Below are positions 1-9,677 of a stretch of 64,000 nt of DNA, piece after piece. A program made the position numbers and the translations under genes. Numbering within the stretch: position 1 is the stretch's first letter; each line of letters starts with the position of its first letter. The notes beneath the pieces are model-generated. The model searched no databases, was not told the DNA's origin, and saw nothing but the letters and a program-made list of their open reading frames with translations. The DNA is from Demequinaceae bacterium (lineage in GTDB: Bacteria; Actinomycetota; Actinomycetes; Actinomycetales; JAJYRW01), in assembly GCA_027322505.1 (NCBI GenBank), contig DAHVRJ010000132.1, forward strand, positions 2,775 to 66,774, in the 5' to 3' direction.

Positions 1-1
1 C

Positions 2-475
2 GTTGGGCAAGACCCCTATCCCACGCCGGGCCACGCCATGGGGCTCGCTTTTAGCACCACCGACAACGTCAGACCGCTTCCTGCCAGTTTGCGCAACATC
101 GCCACCGAATTGAAAACAGATGTGGGGGCGACGCTGCCCACCGGCGACTTAACCCGCTGGGAGCGCCAGGGAGTGCTCCTACTTAACCGCTGCCTGACCG
201 TTCGCTCGGGAGCGGCTGGCTCGCACCGCCTCCTGGGGTGGGAGGAAATCACCGGTGCGGCAATTCGTGCTTTAGGACGGCGCCCCGCACCCTTGGTCGC
301 GATCCTGTGGGGTCGGCAAGCACAACAGTTAGCCTCCCTGTTGGGAGCGCATCCAGTTTTAACTGCCCCGCACCCCAGTCCGCTCTCCGCGCATCGCGGG
401 TTTTTCGGTTCGCGACCCTTTTCGCAAACCAATGCCCTGCTCACCGCGCGCGGCGTGAGCCCAATTAAGTGGTGA
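2..475 (+). CDS. ung: uracil-DNA glycosylase, family 1 (5' end outside window)
   Basis: Frame is open to the window edge. Track ORF 38..475 carries the C-terminal UDG motifs GVLLLN and [11 protein letters not shown]. Confidence 0.85.
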   Translation, partial: VGQDPYPTPGHAMGLAFSTTDNVRPLPASLRNIATELKTDVGATLPTGDLTRWERQGVLLLNRCLTVRSGAAGSHRLLGWEEITGAAIRALGRRPAPLVAILWGRQAQQLASLLGAHPVLTAPHPSPLSAHRGFFGSRPFSQTNALLTARGVSPIKW

Positions 476-573
476 GAAAGCCTACGGGCGAAGTAGGCGC
501 CGTCCATAATCTTCCTTTGAATAAGGCGAATGGGAATGCATTGGCCGCAGTAGTTGTGACAGCATAAATACTT

Positions 574-1386
574 ATGAACGTCGAACAAACTCTTACGCCA
601 AAATGGCGTAAATACGTGGCAATTGGTGATTCGTTTACCGAGGGCTTAAATGACGTCGATCCGCACCGACCCGAAGCGTTTCGCGGCTGGGCGGACCTGC
701 TGGCACACAGTTTGAATGAGCGCGTGGCGGCCGACTCGGGGGAAGAGTTGCAGTACGCCAATTTGGCGGTTCGCGGGCGTTTGATGGCCGACGTGGTGGG
801 TGATCAGCTCGAACGCGCCCTTGAGATGCAGCCCGATTTGGTGTCGATGATCGCGGGTGGGAACGATATTTTGCGCCCGCACGTGAACCCGGACGTCATC
901 GCGCTGCGACTGGAGCGGGCGGTAATTCGACTGCGAAAGGCCGGGGTAGATGTGCTCCTAGGTACCGGCATGGACACCAAAGAAAGCCCGATCGTCAATA
1001 AAACGCGCGGGCGCACGGCACTATTTAATGCCCACATTTGGTCAATTGCGCGCCGGCACGGGGCCTATGTGCTGGATTTGTGGGGCATGCGGGCGCTGCG
1101 GGACTGGCGCATGTGGGCAGAGGATCGCATTCACTTAACTACCCTGGGGCATGAACGGGTTGCGCAAGCCGCCTTGGTCGGGTTGGAACTGGCTCCCGAT
1201 TATGCAAACTGGGACGCCCCGCTTGATTCCGAGCCGCTACGCCCGCGCCTGGAACAGATTCAGGACGACGCCGCCTGGGTTAAGACGCACGTGTTCCCAT
1301 GGGCCACGCGCAGACTGCGCGGGAAGTCTTCCGGCGATCAGCGGGTTGCCAAGCGGCCGGATTTAGCGCCAGTTTTAGAAAAATAG
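574..1386 (+). CDS. SGNH/GDSL hydrolase family protein
   Basis: 270-aa ORF with block I AIGDSFTEG, block III GGNDILR and block V DRIHL. Confidence 0.8.
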   Translation: MNVEQTLTPKWRKYVAIGDSFTEGLNDVDPHRPEAFRGWADLLAHSLNERVAADSGEELQYANLAVRGRLMADVVGDQLERALEMQPDLVSMIAGGNDILRPHVNPDVIALRLERAVIRLRKAGVDVLLGTGMDTKESPIVNKTRGRTALFNAHIWSIARRHGAYVLDLWGMRALRDWRMWAEDRIHLTTLGHERVAQAALVGLELAPDYANWDAPLDSEPLRPRLEQIQDDAAWVKTHVFPWATRRLRGKSSGDQRVAKRPDLAPVLEK

Positions 1387-1422
1387 GCCGCTCTAGACCG
1401 AACGAGCAAAGGCCGAAAAGAG

Positions 1423-1495
1423 AGCCGCCTGTCGGACTCGAACCGACGACCCTTCGCTTACAAGGCGAATGCTCTACCAACTGAGCTAAGGCGGC
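1423..1495 (-). tRNA. tRNA-Thr (anticodon UGU)
   Basis: The reverse complement folds as a 73-nt cloverleaf: acceptor GCCGCCT/AGGCGGC, D-arm GCTC-AGTTGGTA-GAGC, anticodon arm TTCGC-CTTGTAA-GCGAA, T-arm GTCGG-TTCGAGT-CCGAC. CCA is not encoded. Confidence 0.9.
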
Positions 1496-1531
1496 AATTA
1501 GGGATCAAAAGTGATCCAAACGCATATCTTG

Positions 1532-1571
1532 CCAGGTGCCCACGCCGACGTGAAATCGGGTGGGCACCTGG
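1532..1571 (-). terminator. 12-bp hairpin just downstream of the DsbA-like gene (no clear U-tract)
   Basis: CCAGGTGCCCAC (1532-1543) pairs with GTGGGCACCTGG (1560-1571), 5 nt after the stop at 1576. No T-run follows on the minus strand, so terminator function is uncertain. Confidence 0.3.
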
Positions 1572-1575
1572 AGTG

Positions 1576-2346
1576 CTAGTTCTTTTCTTCCAGGATGATC
1601 TCTTTCAACTCCCCGGGCTGGGACCAGTTGCCGCCCAGATCCTCATCCAGGTGCTTTTCGTTAATGCGCACGGTCGGGGTGCCCGTTACGTCATGCTTCG
1701 ATGAGGCGTGCTGGGTGATTGCCTCGACGTAATCGTCGAACTCCTCATCTAAGATGCACTGGCGCACCGCGTCATCGGCTCCCGCGGCTACCGCCAGATC
1801 AGCCATTTCCTCATTTGTCATACCCTCGCTGCCCTGCTCCGGCTGATTGGCAAACATTGCTTCGTGGAACTCGATGAAGGAATCCTTTGCGCCATCGGCA
1901 ACGCACATCGCGGCATTGGAAGAGCGGGTGGAGAACTTCGTTCCCTGCGAGGAGCGGTCTAAGAATGAGAGGGGGAAGTAAGAAACGACCACGCCGTCGG
2001 TTTGTGCGAGATCTTTGAGGTCTGCGCCGTTAATGTCTTCGAAGTCTTTACACACCGGGCACATGTAGTCGGAATACACGATCGCTTCGACTTCTTCATT
2101 GTCGACATCGCCAAACTGAATCGACCCGTTCACCACGTTATTGGGCTGGTTTTCCACCGCTTCAATGGGACTCTTTGACCCTTGCGAAACGATGATCATG
2201 ATCAGCACTGCCAAGACGGAGAGCCCGGCGACGGTGGAAATGATCGTGATGAGGCGAGCTCGCTTTTCGCGCCGCGCTGTCTCTGCTCGCAGTTCTTCTG
2301 CGCGCCGACGAGCCGCTTCGCGCCGCTCATTCCTTTTTGAACTCAT
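1576..2346 (-). CDS. membrane-anchored DsbA-family thiol:disulfide oxidoreductase
   Basis: Basic N-terminus plus one TM helix, then a thioredoxin fold with a CPVC active site (YSDYMCPVCKDFE). Confidence 0.8.
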   Translation of the reverse strand: MSSKRNERREAARRRAEELRAETARREKRARLITIISTVAGLSVLAVLIMIIVSQGSKSPIEAVENQPNNVVNGSIQFGDVDNEEVEAIVYSDYMCPVCKDFEDINGADLKDLAQTDGVVVSYFPLSFLDRSSQGTKFSTRSSNAAMCVADGAKDSFIEFHEAMFANQPEQGSEGMTNEEMADLAVAAGADDAVRQCILDEEFDDYVEAITQHASSKHDVTGTPTVRINEKHLDEDLGGNWSQPGELKEIILEEKN

Positions 2347-2367
2347 TTGTCTCTCTTTTTTCGTTTT

Positions 2368-2886
2368 TCAGTTCAGGTCCAACGCTTCGTCCAGGCTGAA
2401 GCGAGTGGGTGGGAACCATGCTAGATAAGCCGAACCCAGAACAATCACCGCATCGCGCAACAGGGGCACCAGGTACTCGGCTTCCTGGCCGGCCGCGAGT
2501 TCGCCCCCGCCCCCGAAACAGCCGCAATCAATATTGAGGCCCTTTGCCCATGCCCAAGAAATCCCAAATATGAACCCGAGCATTATCAGGCCGTTGACGA
2601 TCGCTGCATATCGGGTAATGAGACCGGTTATGAGCAAAATCGCCAAGATGATCTCTACCATGGGCAGGGCGTAACCCACCGCCGGAACGATGGCCTCAGG
2701 CAAGAGTTGAAAGGCTCGCACCGCCCGCACCGAGGTGGGCAGGTCCAGCATCTTGGCGATCCCGGCCCAGCCCGCAACCACACCCAGCGTCAGGCGCACC
2801 ACTAAACCGAGCCAGGGCATCCAACTGGGGTGCCGCGGCGCCAAGGACGGCGCGGCGCCGCCGGTGACTGGGGGTGCAGTAGTCAT
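2368..2886 (-). CDS. MauE/DoxX-family redox-associated membrane protein
   Basis: 172 aa with about 4 TM helices and a C-terminal CGCFGGGG motif. It lies adjacent to and is co-oriented with the DsbA-like gene. Confidence 0.7.
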   Translation of the reverse strand: MTTAPPVTGGAAPSLAPRHPSWMPWLGLVVRLTLGVVAGWAGIAKMLDLPTSVRAVRAFQLLPEAIVPAVGYALPMVEIILAILLITGLITRYAAIVNGLIMLGFIFGISWAWAKGLNIDCGCFGGGGELAAGQEAEYLVPLLRDAVIVLGSAYLAWFPPTRFSLDEALDLN

Positions 2887-2931
2887 AGTTGAAACCTTAA
2901 CCTTCCCTATTTTAGGGCAAGATAGGACGGT

Positions 2932-4668
2932 TTATGAGCCGGGAAAACCGATCCCGAGAAAATCAAAAATATCGAACCATTCTGCATGGGCAAGACTAAG
3001 AAAAAACACCAGCGCTGCCCCGATTATTACTACCAGCGTCCACACCGTGCGCAGCAGCGAATTGGGAGCCACCGCGTGAATTATCACCCGCGCCCCCACC
3101 CGCGTCGCACCGTCATAATCGAGCGGTTGCCCCGACCGGCCGGTGATGGGAACTGTGTCCCACCGCCACATAATTAGGGCACTGATGAACAGCCCCAGCC
3201 CGCCAGCGCCGCTCACAATTGCGCGTCGGAGCATTTCAGAATCACCATCGCCTACGCCGGCTTCCTGCGTCGCCCAAACGCCGACCCATGCCAGGCCTAA
3301 AATCAGCGCAAAAGAAAACAGACTCAATAGCAGTGGTAGTACTAACCCGCCGGCCCCGCGCACCAAATACCAAGGCAGGCGCAACACCAGTCCCCCCGTA
3401 CCCGCGTCTTTGGATCCGCGGCGCATCCGCCGCCGGAACTGGGCTACCCGCGCCAATCCGGTCGTCCGTGCCAACCACAGCGCCACCACTAATACCGGCA
3501 GCGCTACAACTGGCAGGCCGGCACCGGCAGCGGCCGTCAAAAGCAACAGGCTCCCCAACAGCAGGCGCGCCGCTGGCGGGGCCGGAGGGTGCTGCGGCGG
3601 GGGCGGAACAGCGGGCCCAAAAAACGGCGCATCCGCTCCGCCCGGCTCATTGCCATAGCGGGCTGCGGTCTCGCCCCCAAATTCCGCCGGCTGGATCTCA
3701 GTGGGGTGATAAGGGACGGCAACCATCGGCGGGGCAGCGGCCGGGGCCGGGGTAATGGGTTTGGTTTGTGAAATTTCATCCAGCACGACATCCGGGTGCT
3801 GCAATTGGCGAAGTACCTGGCCGGGGTGGGCCCGCCGGGCCGGGTCGGGGTGCAAACCGGCGCGCAAGCCCGCGGCCACCCCGGGCGCTAGGCCGTCTAC
3901 CGCCGGTTCGAGGCGCTCCATGCGGGCTAGAACCGCCTGGAATGGGCCGGTACCAAAGGGCTGATTTCCGGTTGCGGCGTAGAGCAAAACCGCCGCCCAG
4001 GCATACCAGTCAATGCCCTCAGTTGTGGGTGGTGATCCGGAGAAAACTTCGGGCGCTAAATACCCGGCTGTTCCCACCACCAGACCGGTTTGCGTAATGC
4101 GTGATTCATCGCCAACCTGGGCAATTCCAAAATCAATTAATTTTGCGCCATCTTCGGTCAGCATTACATTGGAAGGCTTCAGATCACGATGCACCACATC
4201 GGCGCCGTGAATTGCATGCAGCGCCTCGGAAAGGTCCTGTGCCAGCTGCACCAGTTCCTCGCCAGCAAATACGCCCTCTTCTCGCACCGACTGATCCAGG
4301 GTGAGGCCGTGGAGCAGTTCGGTGACGATGAAGGCTTCCATCCCGTCCGCCTCGGCGTCTAAAACCCGAGCTACCCGATCGCCGCGAACGCGATGCAGCG
4401 CGCTTACTTCCCGGCGCAGTCGCTCCCGCGCGTCTTCATCACGCGAAAGATGGGGGTGTAACACCTTCATGGCCACTTCGACCCCATCGGCGTCTACCGC
4501 GCGGAATACCTGGCCCATCCCCCCGGTGCCCAAGACCTCTAGTAACTGATAGCCGCCCAGCACACTTCCCGGCTGCAAATACCCCGCTGTCGCGGGCGCC
4601 GCGGCGGTTTGAGCGCGCGTGGGAGCCGACTGGTCCACCCGCGTGGGCGGCGTTTCCTCCGCGTTCAT
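2932..4668 (-). CDS. Ser/Thr protein kinase with Pro-rich linker and polytopic C-terminal membrane domain
   Basis: Hanks motifs GTGGMGQV, VAMK, HRDLKPSN, DFG and GTAGYLAPE. The C-terminal ~220 aa contain at least 4 hydrophobic helices. Confidence 0.9.
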   Translation of the reverse strand: MNAEETPPTRVDQSAPTRAQTAAAPATAGYLQPGSVLGGYQLLEVLGTGGMGQVFRAVDADGVEVAMKVLHPHLSRDEDARERLRREVSALHRVRGDRVARVLDAEADGMEAFIVTELLHGLTLDQSVREEGVFAGEELVQLAQDLSEALHAIHGADVVHRDLKPSNVMLTEDGAKLIDFGIAQVGDESRITQTGLVVGTAGYLAPEVFSGSPPTTEGIDWYAWAAVLLYAATGNQPFGTGPFQAVLARMERLEPAVDGLAPGVAAGLRAGLHPDPARRAHPGQVLRQLQHPDVVLDEISQTKPITPAPAAAPPMVAVPYHPTEIQPAEFGGETAARYGNEPGGADAPFFGPAVPPPPQHPPAPPAARLLLGSLLLLTAAAGAGLPVVALPVLVVALWLARTTGLARVAQFRRRMRRGSKDAGTGGLVLRLPWYLVRGAGGLVLPLLLSLFSFALILGLAWVGVWATQEAGVGDGDSEMLRRAIVSGAGGLGLFISALIMWRWDTVPITGRSGQPLDYDGATRVGARVIIHAVAPNSLLRTVWTLVVIIGAALVFFLSLAHAEWFDIFDFLGIGFPGS

Positions 4669-4772
4669 GTTCCCACCTTGTCAGCTTGCTGGCCTGGGTC
4701 TTTATCAGGTTACTTCCCCGGCATTTCGTTTCCGGTCTCGCTAGAGTGTATTAAGAGATCTTCTTTAAGGAG

Positions 4773-6260
4773 TTGCATTTCATGCCGTCCAAAAATGCCG
4801 ATAAAGAATTGGCAGTTGGCGAATTTGATTTTGTTGTCGTGGCGAATCGCCTTCCCGTAGATATCCAATACCAGGATGACGGGAGTTTCACCTGGCAACA
4901 ATCTCCCGGGGGATTAGTTACCGCAATGGAGCCGGTGATGCGCTCCAATCACGGCGCCTGGGTGGGCTGGACCGGCGGCACCGGGGACGCACCCGATCCG
5001 TTCGACACCGACGGGATGCGTTTAGCCCCCGTCGAACTCAGTGAAGAGGAAGTAACCGACTACTACGAGGGATTTTCGAACGCCACTTTGTGGCCCCTTT
5101 ACCATGACGTAATTGTTCCCGCCGAGTTTCACCGGCACTGGTGGGATACGTACCAAAAAATCAACGAGCGGTTCGCGCAGGCCGCTGCCCAGCAGGCCGC
5201 TTCTGGTGCGCTGGTGTGGGTCCACGATTACCAACTGCAACTAGTTCCGCAGTACCTGCGCAAACTACGACCCGATGTAAAGATCGGGTACTTCCACCAC
5301 ATTCCGTTTCCACCCGTTGAACTGTTCTCGCAGCTGCCCTGGCGCACCCAGATTGTCTCTGGCCTGCTGGGTGCCGACCTGGTGGGATTCCAACGACCGG
5401 GTGATGCGCGCAACTTTTTGCGCTCGGTGCGACGCCTAACCGGCCAACCCACGCGCGGCTCGATCGTGCATCTCAATGAGCGCTTCACCTCCATGCCCCG
5501 GCAAGTGCGGGCCACTGCGTTCCCAATTTCGATTGACTCTGCCGCCTTCGATGACCGGGCGCGCCAGCCAGAAGTGCAGGAGCGGGCGCGAGAGATCCGC
5601 GAAGAACTCGGAAACCCAGAAATCATCTTCCTGGGCGTGGACCGCCTCGACTACACCAAGGGCATTTTGCACCGCTTGAAGTCCTATGGCGAACTCCTCA
5701 CTGAGGGAGCTTTAGCGCCCCCGCAGTGCGTGTTAGTGCAGGTTGCCAGCCCCTCGCGCGAGGGCGTTGAGCAGTACCAGTTGCTGCGTGATGAAATCGA
5801 AGTCACTGTGGGGCGCCTGAACGGCGATTACAGCGAGTTGGGTCACCCAGCAGTTCATTATCTGCACCACTCCTATGACCACGACGAAATGACCGCCCTG
5901 TATCTAGCAGCCGACGTCATGCTGGTCACTTCCCTGCGCGATGGCATGAACCTGGTCGCCAAGGAATACATTGCCAGTCGCATCGATGAAAATGGCGTGC
6001 TGATTCTCAGTGAGTTCACCGGTGCGGCGGATGAACTGCGCCACGCCATGATGATCAATCCGCATGATTATGAAGGCACCAAAGAGGCGATGGTGCGAGC
6101 CACCGAAATGCCGGCCCGCGAAGCACGGCGCCGCATGCGCGCGCTGCGGCGGCGCGTGATGGAAAACGACGTCGCCAAATGGGCCGAGCGGTTCATCGAA
6201 ACACTCAAAACCCATCCCAGCCCGCTGCCGGCCCGCACAGAACAAAGCGAGGAAGCGTAA
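4773..6260 (+). CDS. otsA: alpha,alpha-trehalose-phosphate synthase (GT20)
   Basis: 495 aa with full-length GT20 features ([22 protein letters not shown]). An AAGGAG RBS lies upstream. Confidence 0.93.
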   Translation: MHFMPSKNADKELAVGEFDFVVVANRLPVDIQYQDDGSFTWQQSPGGLVTAMEPVMRSNHGAWVGWTGGTGDAPDPFDTDGMRLAPVELSEEEVTDYYEGFSNATLWPLYHDVIVPAEFHRHWWDTYQKINERFAQAAAQQAASGALVWVHDYQLQLVPQYLRKLRPDVKIGYFHHIPFPPVELFSQLPWRTQIVSGLLGADLVGFQRPGDARNFLRSVRRLTGQPTRGSIVHLNERFTSMPRQVRATAFPISIDSAAFDDRARQPEVQERAREIREELGNPEIIFLGVDRLDYTKGILHRLKSYGELLTEGALAPPQCVLVQVASPSREGVEQYQLLRDEIEVTVGRLNGDYSELGHPAVHYLHHSYDHDEMTALYLAADVMLVTSLRDGMNLVAKEYIASRIDENGVLILSEFTGAADELRHAMMINPHDYEGTKEAMVRATEMPAREARRRMRALRRRVMENDVAKWAERFIETLKTHPSPLPARTEQSEEA

Positions 6261-7072
6261 TGCCCCTCCCGGCAGATCTCACCGCTGCGCTGCGCAATTT
6301 TGCGGCGCAATCACGAGTGCTGGTGGCCCTTGATTTCGATGGAACGCTCGCGCCACTCGTTGCCGATCCCGATCAGTCCCGCCTTACAACCGCGGCCGCC
6401 GAAGTGCTGCCGCGGCTGGCGGCACACCCGCGGGTGGAGTTAGCTCTGGTTTCTGGGCGGCCCGGGGCGACGCTGGCGCAGCTGGCGCAGCCGCCAACTG
6501 GCGCACACCTCATTGGTTCGCACGGCGCCGAAATCGGCGTGATGGGAGCAAAAGGATTTGAGTCCGAAGACCTTGCCCTCACAGCGGACCAAGCGGAGCT
6601 TCTTGGTCAAGTTCGCTCCGATTTAGAAGCAATCGCGAGCCACCACGAGGGAGTTTGGGTCGAATACAAGCCCGCCTCGGTCGTGCTCCATACCCGGCCC
6701 GCCACCGCCGAGGTCGCCCAGCAAGCAACCGACGCGGCCCTGGCCGGCCCGGTAGAACTGGCCGGAGTGGTGGCGATGCAGGGTAAATCCGTAGTGGAAA
6801 TTGGGGTCCTGAGCGCCACGAAGGGCGATGCCATTACCTTGTTGCGCCGCACGCTGGATGATGCCCCAGTAGTTTTTATGGGAGATGACGTAACCGATGA
6901 GCACGCGTTCGCCGTCCTTCATGATGGACGCGAGGGGCGCCCAGCCGGCGGTGACATTGGGGTCAAGGTCGGGCCCGGCGATACGGCCGCTCAATACCGC
7001 GTTGCTGATCCGGGTGAGGTAGCCCAGGCCCTCGAATTTTTGGCGCAATTGCTGGAAAACTCGACCAAATAA
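6260..7072 (+). CDS. otsB: trehalose-phosphatase (HAD)
   Basis: The ATG overlaps the otsA stop (TAATG). HAD motifs LDFDGTL and GDDVTDE are present. The track ORF start at 6179 lies inside otsA, so it is trimmed. Confidence 0.85.
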   Translation: MPLPADLTAALRNFAAQSRVLVALDFDGTLAPLVADPDQSRLTTAAAEVLPRLAAHPRVELALVSGRPGATLAQLAQPPTGAHLIGSHGAEIGVMGAKGFESEDLALTADQAELLGQVRSDLEAIASHHEGVWVEYKPASVVLHTRPATAEVAQQATDAALAGPVELAGVVAMQGKSVVEIGVLSATKGDAITLLRRTLDDAPVVFMGDDVTDEHAFAVLHDGREGRPAGGDIGVKVGPGDTAAQYRVADPGEVAQALEFLAQLLENSTK

Positions 7073-7212
7073 AAATTACTTTGCCCTCGCCCTGTCCTAA
7101 CTGATGTGTCATAGGGCACACTAGTGATGGTTGTGTACAACACCGTGCACAGCATTCTCCTTTACTCGGATCGTCCGGCACGTACCTGCCGGTGAAGGGA
7201 AGTAATTGAAAA

Positions 7213-8295
7213 ATGGCATCGGTAACGTTTGAAAATGCCTCGCGAACCTACCCGGGAACGGAAAACCCGGCAGTTGATTCGCTAGATCTAAAAATCGAGG
7301 ACGGCGAGTTCCTCGTTCTCGTAGGTCCTTCCGGTTGTGGTAAATCTACTTCGCTGCGCATGCTTGCAGGACTGGAAGAAATTGATACCGGAAGTGTCTT
7401 TATTGGTGATCGTGACGTCACCGATGTGCAGCCCAAAGACCGCGACATTGCCATGGTTTTCCAAAACTATGCGCTCTACCCGCACATGTCCGTCGCGGAC
7501 AATATGGGATTTGCTCTAAAGATTGCTGGCGTGGCAAAGACGGAAATTCGCCAGCGAGTGGAAGAAGCGGCCAAGATCCTCGACCTGGAGGAATATCTCG
7601 ACCGCAAGCCGCGCGCCCTCTCCGGTGGGCAACGGCAACGTGTAGCAATGGGTCGCGCGATTGTGCGCTCCCCGCAGGTGTTCTTGATGGATGAGCCCCT
7701 GTCGAACCTGGACGCGAAGTTGCGTGTGCAAACCCGTACCCAGATCGCTTCACTCCAGCGGCGCTTGGGCGTAACGACCGTTTACGTCACGCACGACCAG
7801 ACCGAAGCGATGACGATGGGTGACCGGGTTGCAGTACTCAAAGATGGTGTGCTGCAGCAGGTTGACACTCCTCGTCGCATGTATGACCACCCCAATAACC
7901 TCTTCGTGGCGGGCTTTATTGGCTCCCCCGCGATGAACATTTTGGAAGTCCCCGTTGTTGACGGTGGCGTCCAGTTCGGGGGCACGGTCTATCCGGTGGA
8001 GCGCGACGTGCTTTCGGAGACGGAATTGACGTCGGTGAGCCTGGGTGTGCGGCCCGAAGACCTGACCCTCAGCGAGACCGGAGAAGGTCTGCCCGTTGAG
8101 GTTAATCTGGTCGAAGAACTCGGCGCAGACGCCTACATTTATGGCTCGACCCGCCTGGGAGATACGGAACACGAGATCATCGCGCGCGTAGATGGTCGCC
8201 GTCCACCCGAGAAGGGCGAGACGGTTCACTTCCGGCCCAAGGAAGGCCACGTGCACCTGTTTGACACCAAGACCGGTGCCCGGATGGGCGATTAG
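7213..8295 (+). CDS. orphan sugar ABC transporter ATP-binding protein (MsiK/UgpC/MalK type)
   Basis: Walker A GPSGCGKST, signature LSGGQRQR, Walker B FLMDEPLS, and a C-terminal MalK-like regulatory domain. No permease gene is adjacent. Confidence 0.9.
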   Translation: MASVTFENASRTYPGTENPAVDSLDLKIEDGEFLVLVGPSGCGKSTSLRMLAGLEEIDTGSVFIGDRDVTDVQPKDRDIAMVFQNYALYPHMSVADNMGFALKIAGVAKTEIRQRVEEAAKILDLEEYLDRKPRALSGGQRQRVAMGRAIVRSPQVFLMDEPLSNLDAKLRVQTRTQIASLQRRLGVTTVYVTHDQTEAMTMGDRVAVLKDGVLQQVDTPRRMYDHPNNLFVAGFIGSPAMNILEVPVVDGGVQFGGTVYPVERDVLSETELTSVSLGVRPEDLTLSETGEGLPVEVNLVEELGADAYIYGSTRLGDTEHEIIARVDGRRPPEKGETVHFRPKEGHVHLFDTKTGARMGD

Positions 8296-8329
8296 ATTCT
8301 TCGAAGAAACCGACTGAATCACGCTAAAA

Positions 8330-8392
8330 CCGGTGGGGCGCGACGCACGGAAGCGCGCGAAAGGCGCCGTTGAGTTCGCCGCGCCCCACCGG
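8330..8392. repeat. 13-bp perfect inverted repeat with 37-nt spacer between the ABC ATPase gene and the DUF4032 gene
   Basis: CCGGTGGGGCGCG (8330-8342) pairs with CGCGCCCCACCGG (8380-8392). No T-run follows. Confidence 0.6.
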
Positions 8393-8421
8393 CATGATTC
8401 CCTCGCTGGAATTGCAAATTT

Positions 8422-9669
8422 ATGCAGCAAGCCTCACTGAACATTACCGCCGCGCATCCGGATCCGGCTGTGCTCGATCTGCCGTGGCACATACCCCTCG
8501 TCGACTGGCCCAATGACATCATCGCGGCCCTACCCCGCGGTATTTCTCGCCACATCGTGCGCTTCATTCGCATGTCCGGGCGCGTAATTGCGATTAAAGA
8601 AATCGGCGAAGTCGTCGCGTATCACGAATATGAACAGCTGCGCGCGCTGCGGCGGCTCGAAGTTCCCTCCGTTGAACCGCTCGCGGTAATTACCGGGCGA
8701 CAAGCGCCCGATGGCTCGCCGCTTGAAGCGGTTTTAATTACCGAACACCTCCAGTTTTCACTGCCCTACCGCTCGCTGTTCTCGAACTCTTTGCGACCCG
8801 ATACGGCGACCAGTTTCATTGACGCGCTGGCGGTCCTACTGGTGCGTTTGCACCTGGTCGGGTTTTACTGGGGGGACGTTTCGCTTTCTAACACCCTGTT
8901 TCGCCGCGATGCGGGGGAATTCGCCGCCTATTTGGTCGATGCAGAAACCGGCCGGCTCTATCCCGAGCTGACCGACGGACAGCGCGAGTATGACCTGGAG
9001 GTCGCGCGCGTCAACATCATCGGCGAGCTGATGGACCTCGAGGCCGGGGAAGCACTCGAACCCGACCTCGATCCCCTCGATGTGGGGGAATCGATCGTTT
9101 CGCGGTATCGCGAATTATGGAACGAGTTGACGGCGCCGGAACAAATTTCTGCCAATGAGCGCTGGCGTGTCACAGCGCGCATCGAGCGCCTCAACCGGCT
9201 CGGGTTCGACGTGGGCGAGCTCGACATGGTCACCGACATTGACGGCACCACCGTGGTTATTCAGCCCAAGGTTGTTGACGCGGGCCATCACTCGCGCCGC
9301 CTCCTGCGCCTCACGGGTCTCGACGCAGAAGAGAACCAGGCCCAGCGTCTGCTCAATGACCTAGATGAGTATCGGGCAGCAACGGACCGGCAAAATGAGG
9401 ACCAGTGGACCGTCGCCCATGATTGGCTCGATGACGTTTTTGAACCCGTAATTCGGGCCATCCCGCGCGAGATGCGCGGCAAATTAGAGCCGGCCCAGAT
9501 TTTTCACGAATTGCTCGATCACCGGTGGTTCGTCTCCCAGCGCGAGAACCGGGATGTGCCGCTACCGGAGGCGGTGCACTCCTATATCGACACGGTCTTG
9601 CGGCACCGACCCGAAGAGCGGGCGGTCGTCGAAGCGGAAACCGGCACGCTGCCGCGCGTCATCGATTAA
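8422..9669 (+). CDS. DUF4032 domain-containing protein (kinase-like N-terminal region)
   Basis: 415-aa ORF recognised as the conserved actinobacterial DUF4032-type architecture. The assignment is from memory of the family only. Confidence 0.65.
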   Translation: MQQASLNITAAHPDPAVLDLPWHIPLVDWPNDIIAALPRGISRHIVRFIRMSGRVIAIKEIGEVVAYHEYEQLRALRRLEVPSVEPLAVITGRQAPDGSPLEAVLITEHLQFSLPYRSLFSNSLRPDTATSFIDALAVLLVRLHLVGFYWGDVSLSNTLFRRDAGEFAAYLVDAETGRLYPELTDGQREYDLEVARVNIIGELMDLEAGEALEPDLDPLDVGESIVSRYRELWNELTAPEQISANERWRVTARIERLNRLGFDVGELDMVTDIDGTTVVIQPKVVDAGHHSRRLLRLTGLDAEENQAQRLLNDLDEYRAATDRQNEDQWTVAHDWLDDVFEPVIRAIPREMRGKLEPAQIFHELLDHRWFVSQRENRDVPLPEAVHSYIDTVLRHRPEERAVVEAETGTLPRVID

Positions 9670-9677
9670 CGCGGGCG

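Noticed and set aside
1387-1575. tRNA-Thr as an integration site for a genomic island
   Set aside because: There is no integrase, no direct repeat of the tRNA 3' end and no compositional shift on either side. The flanking genes are ordinary housekeeping or envelope genes.
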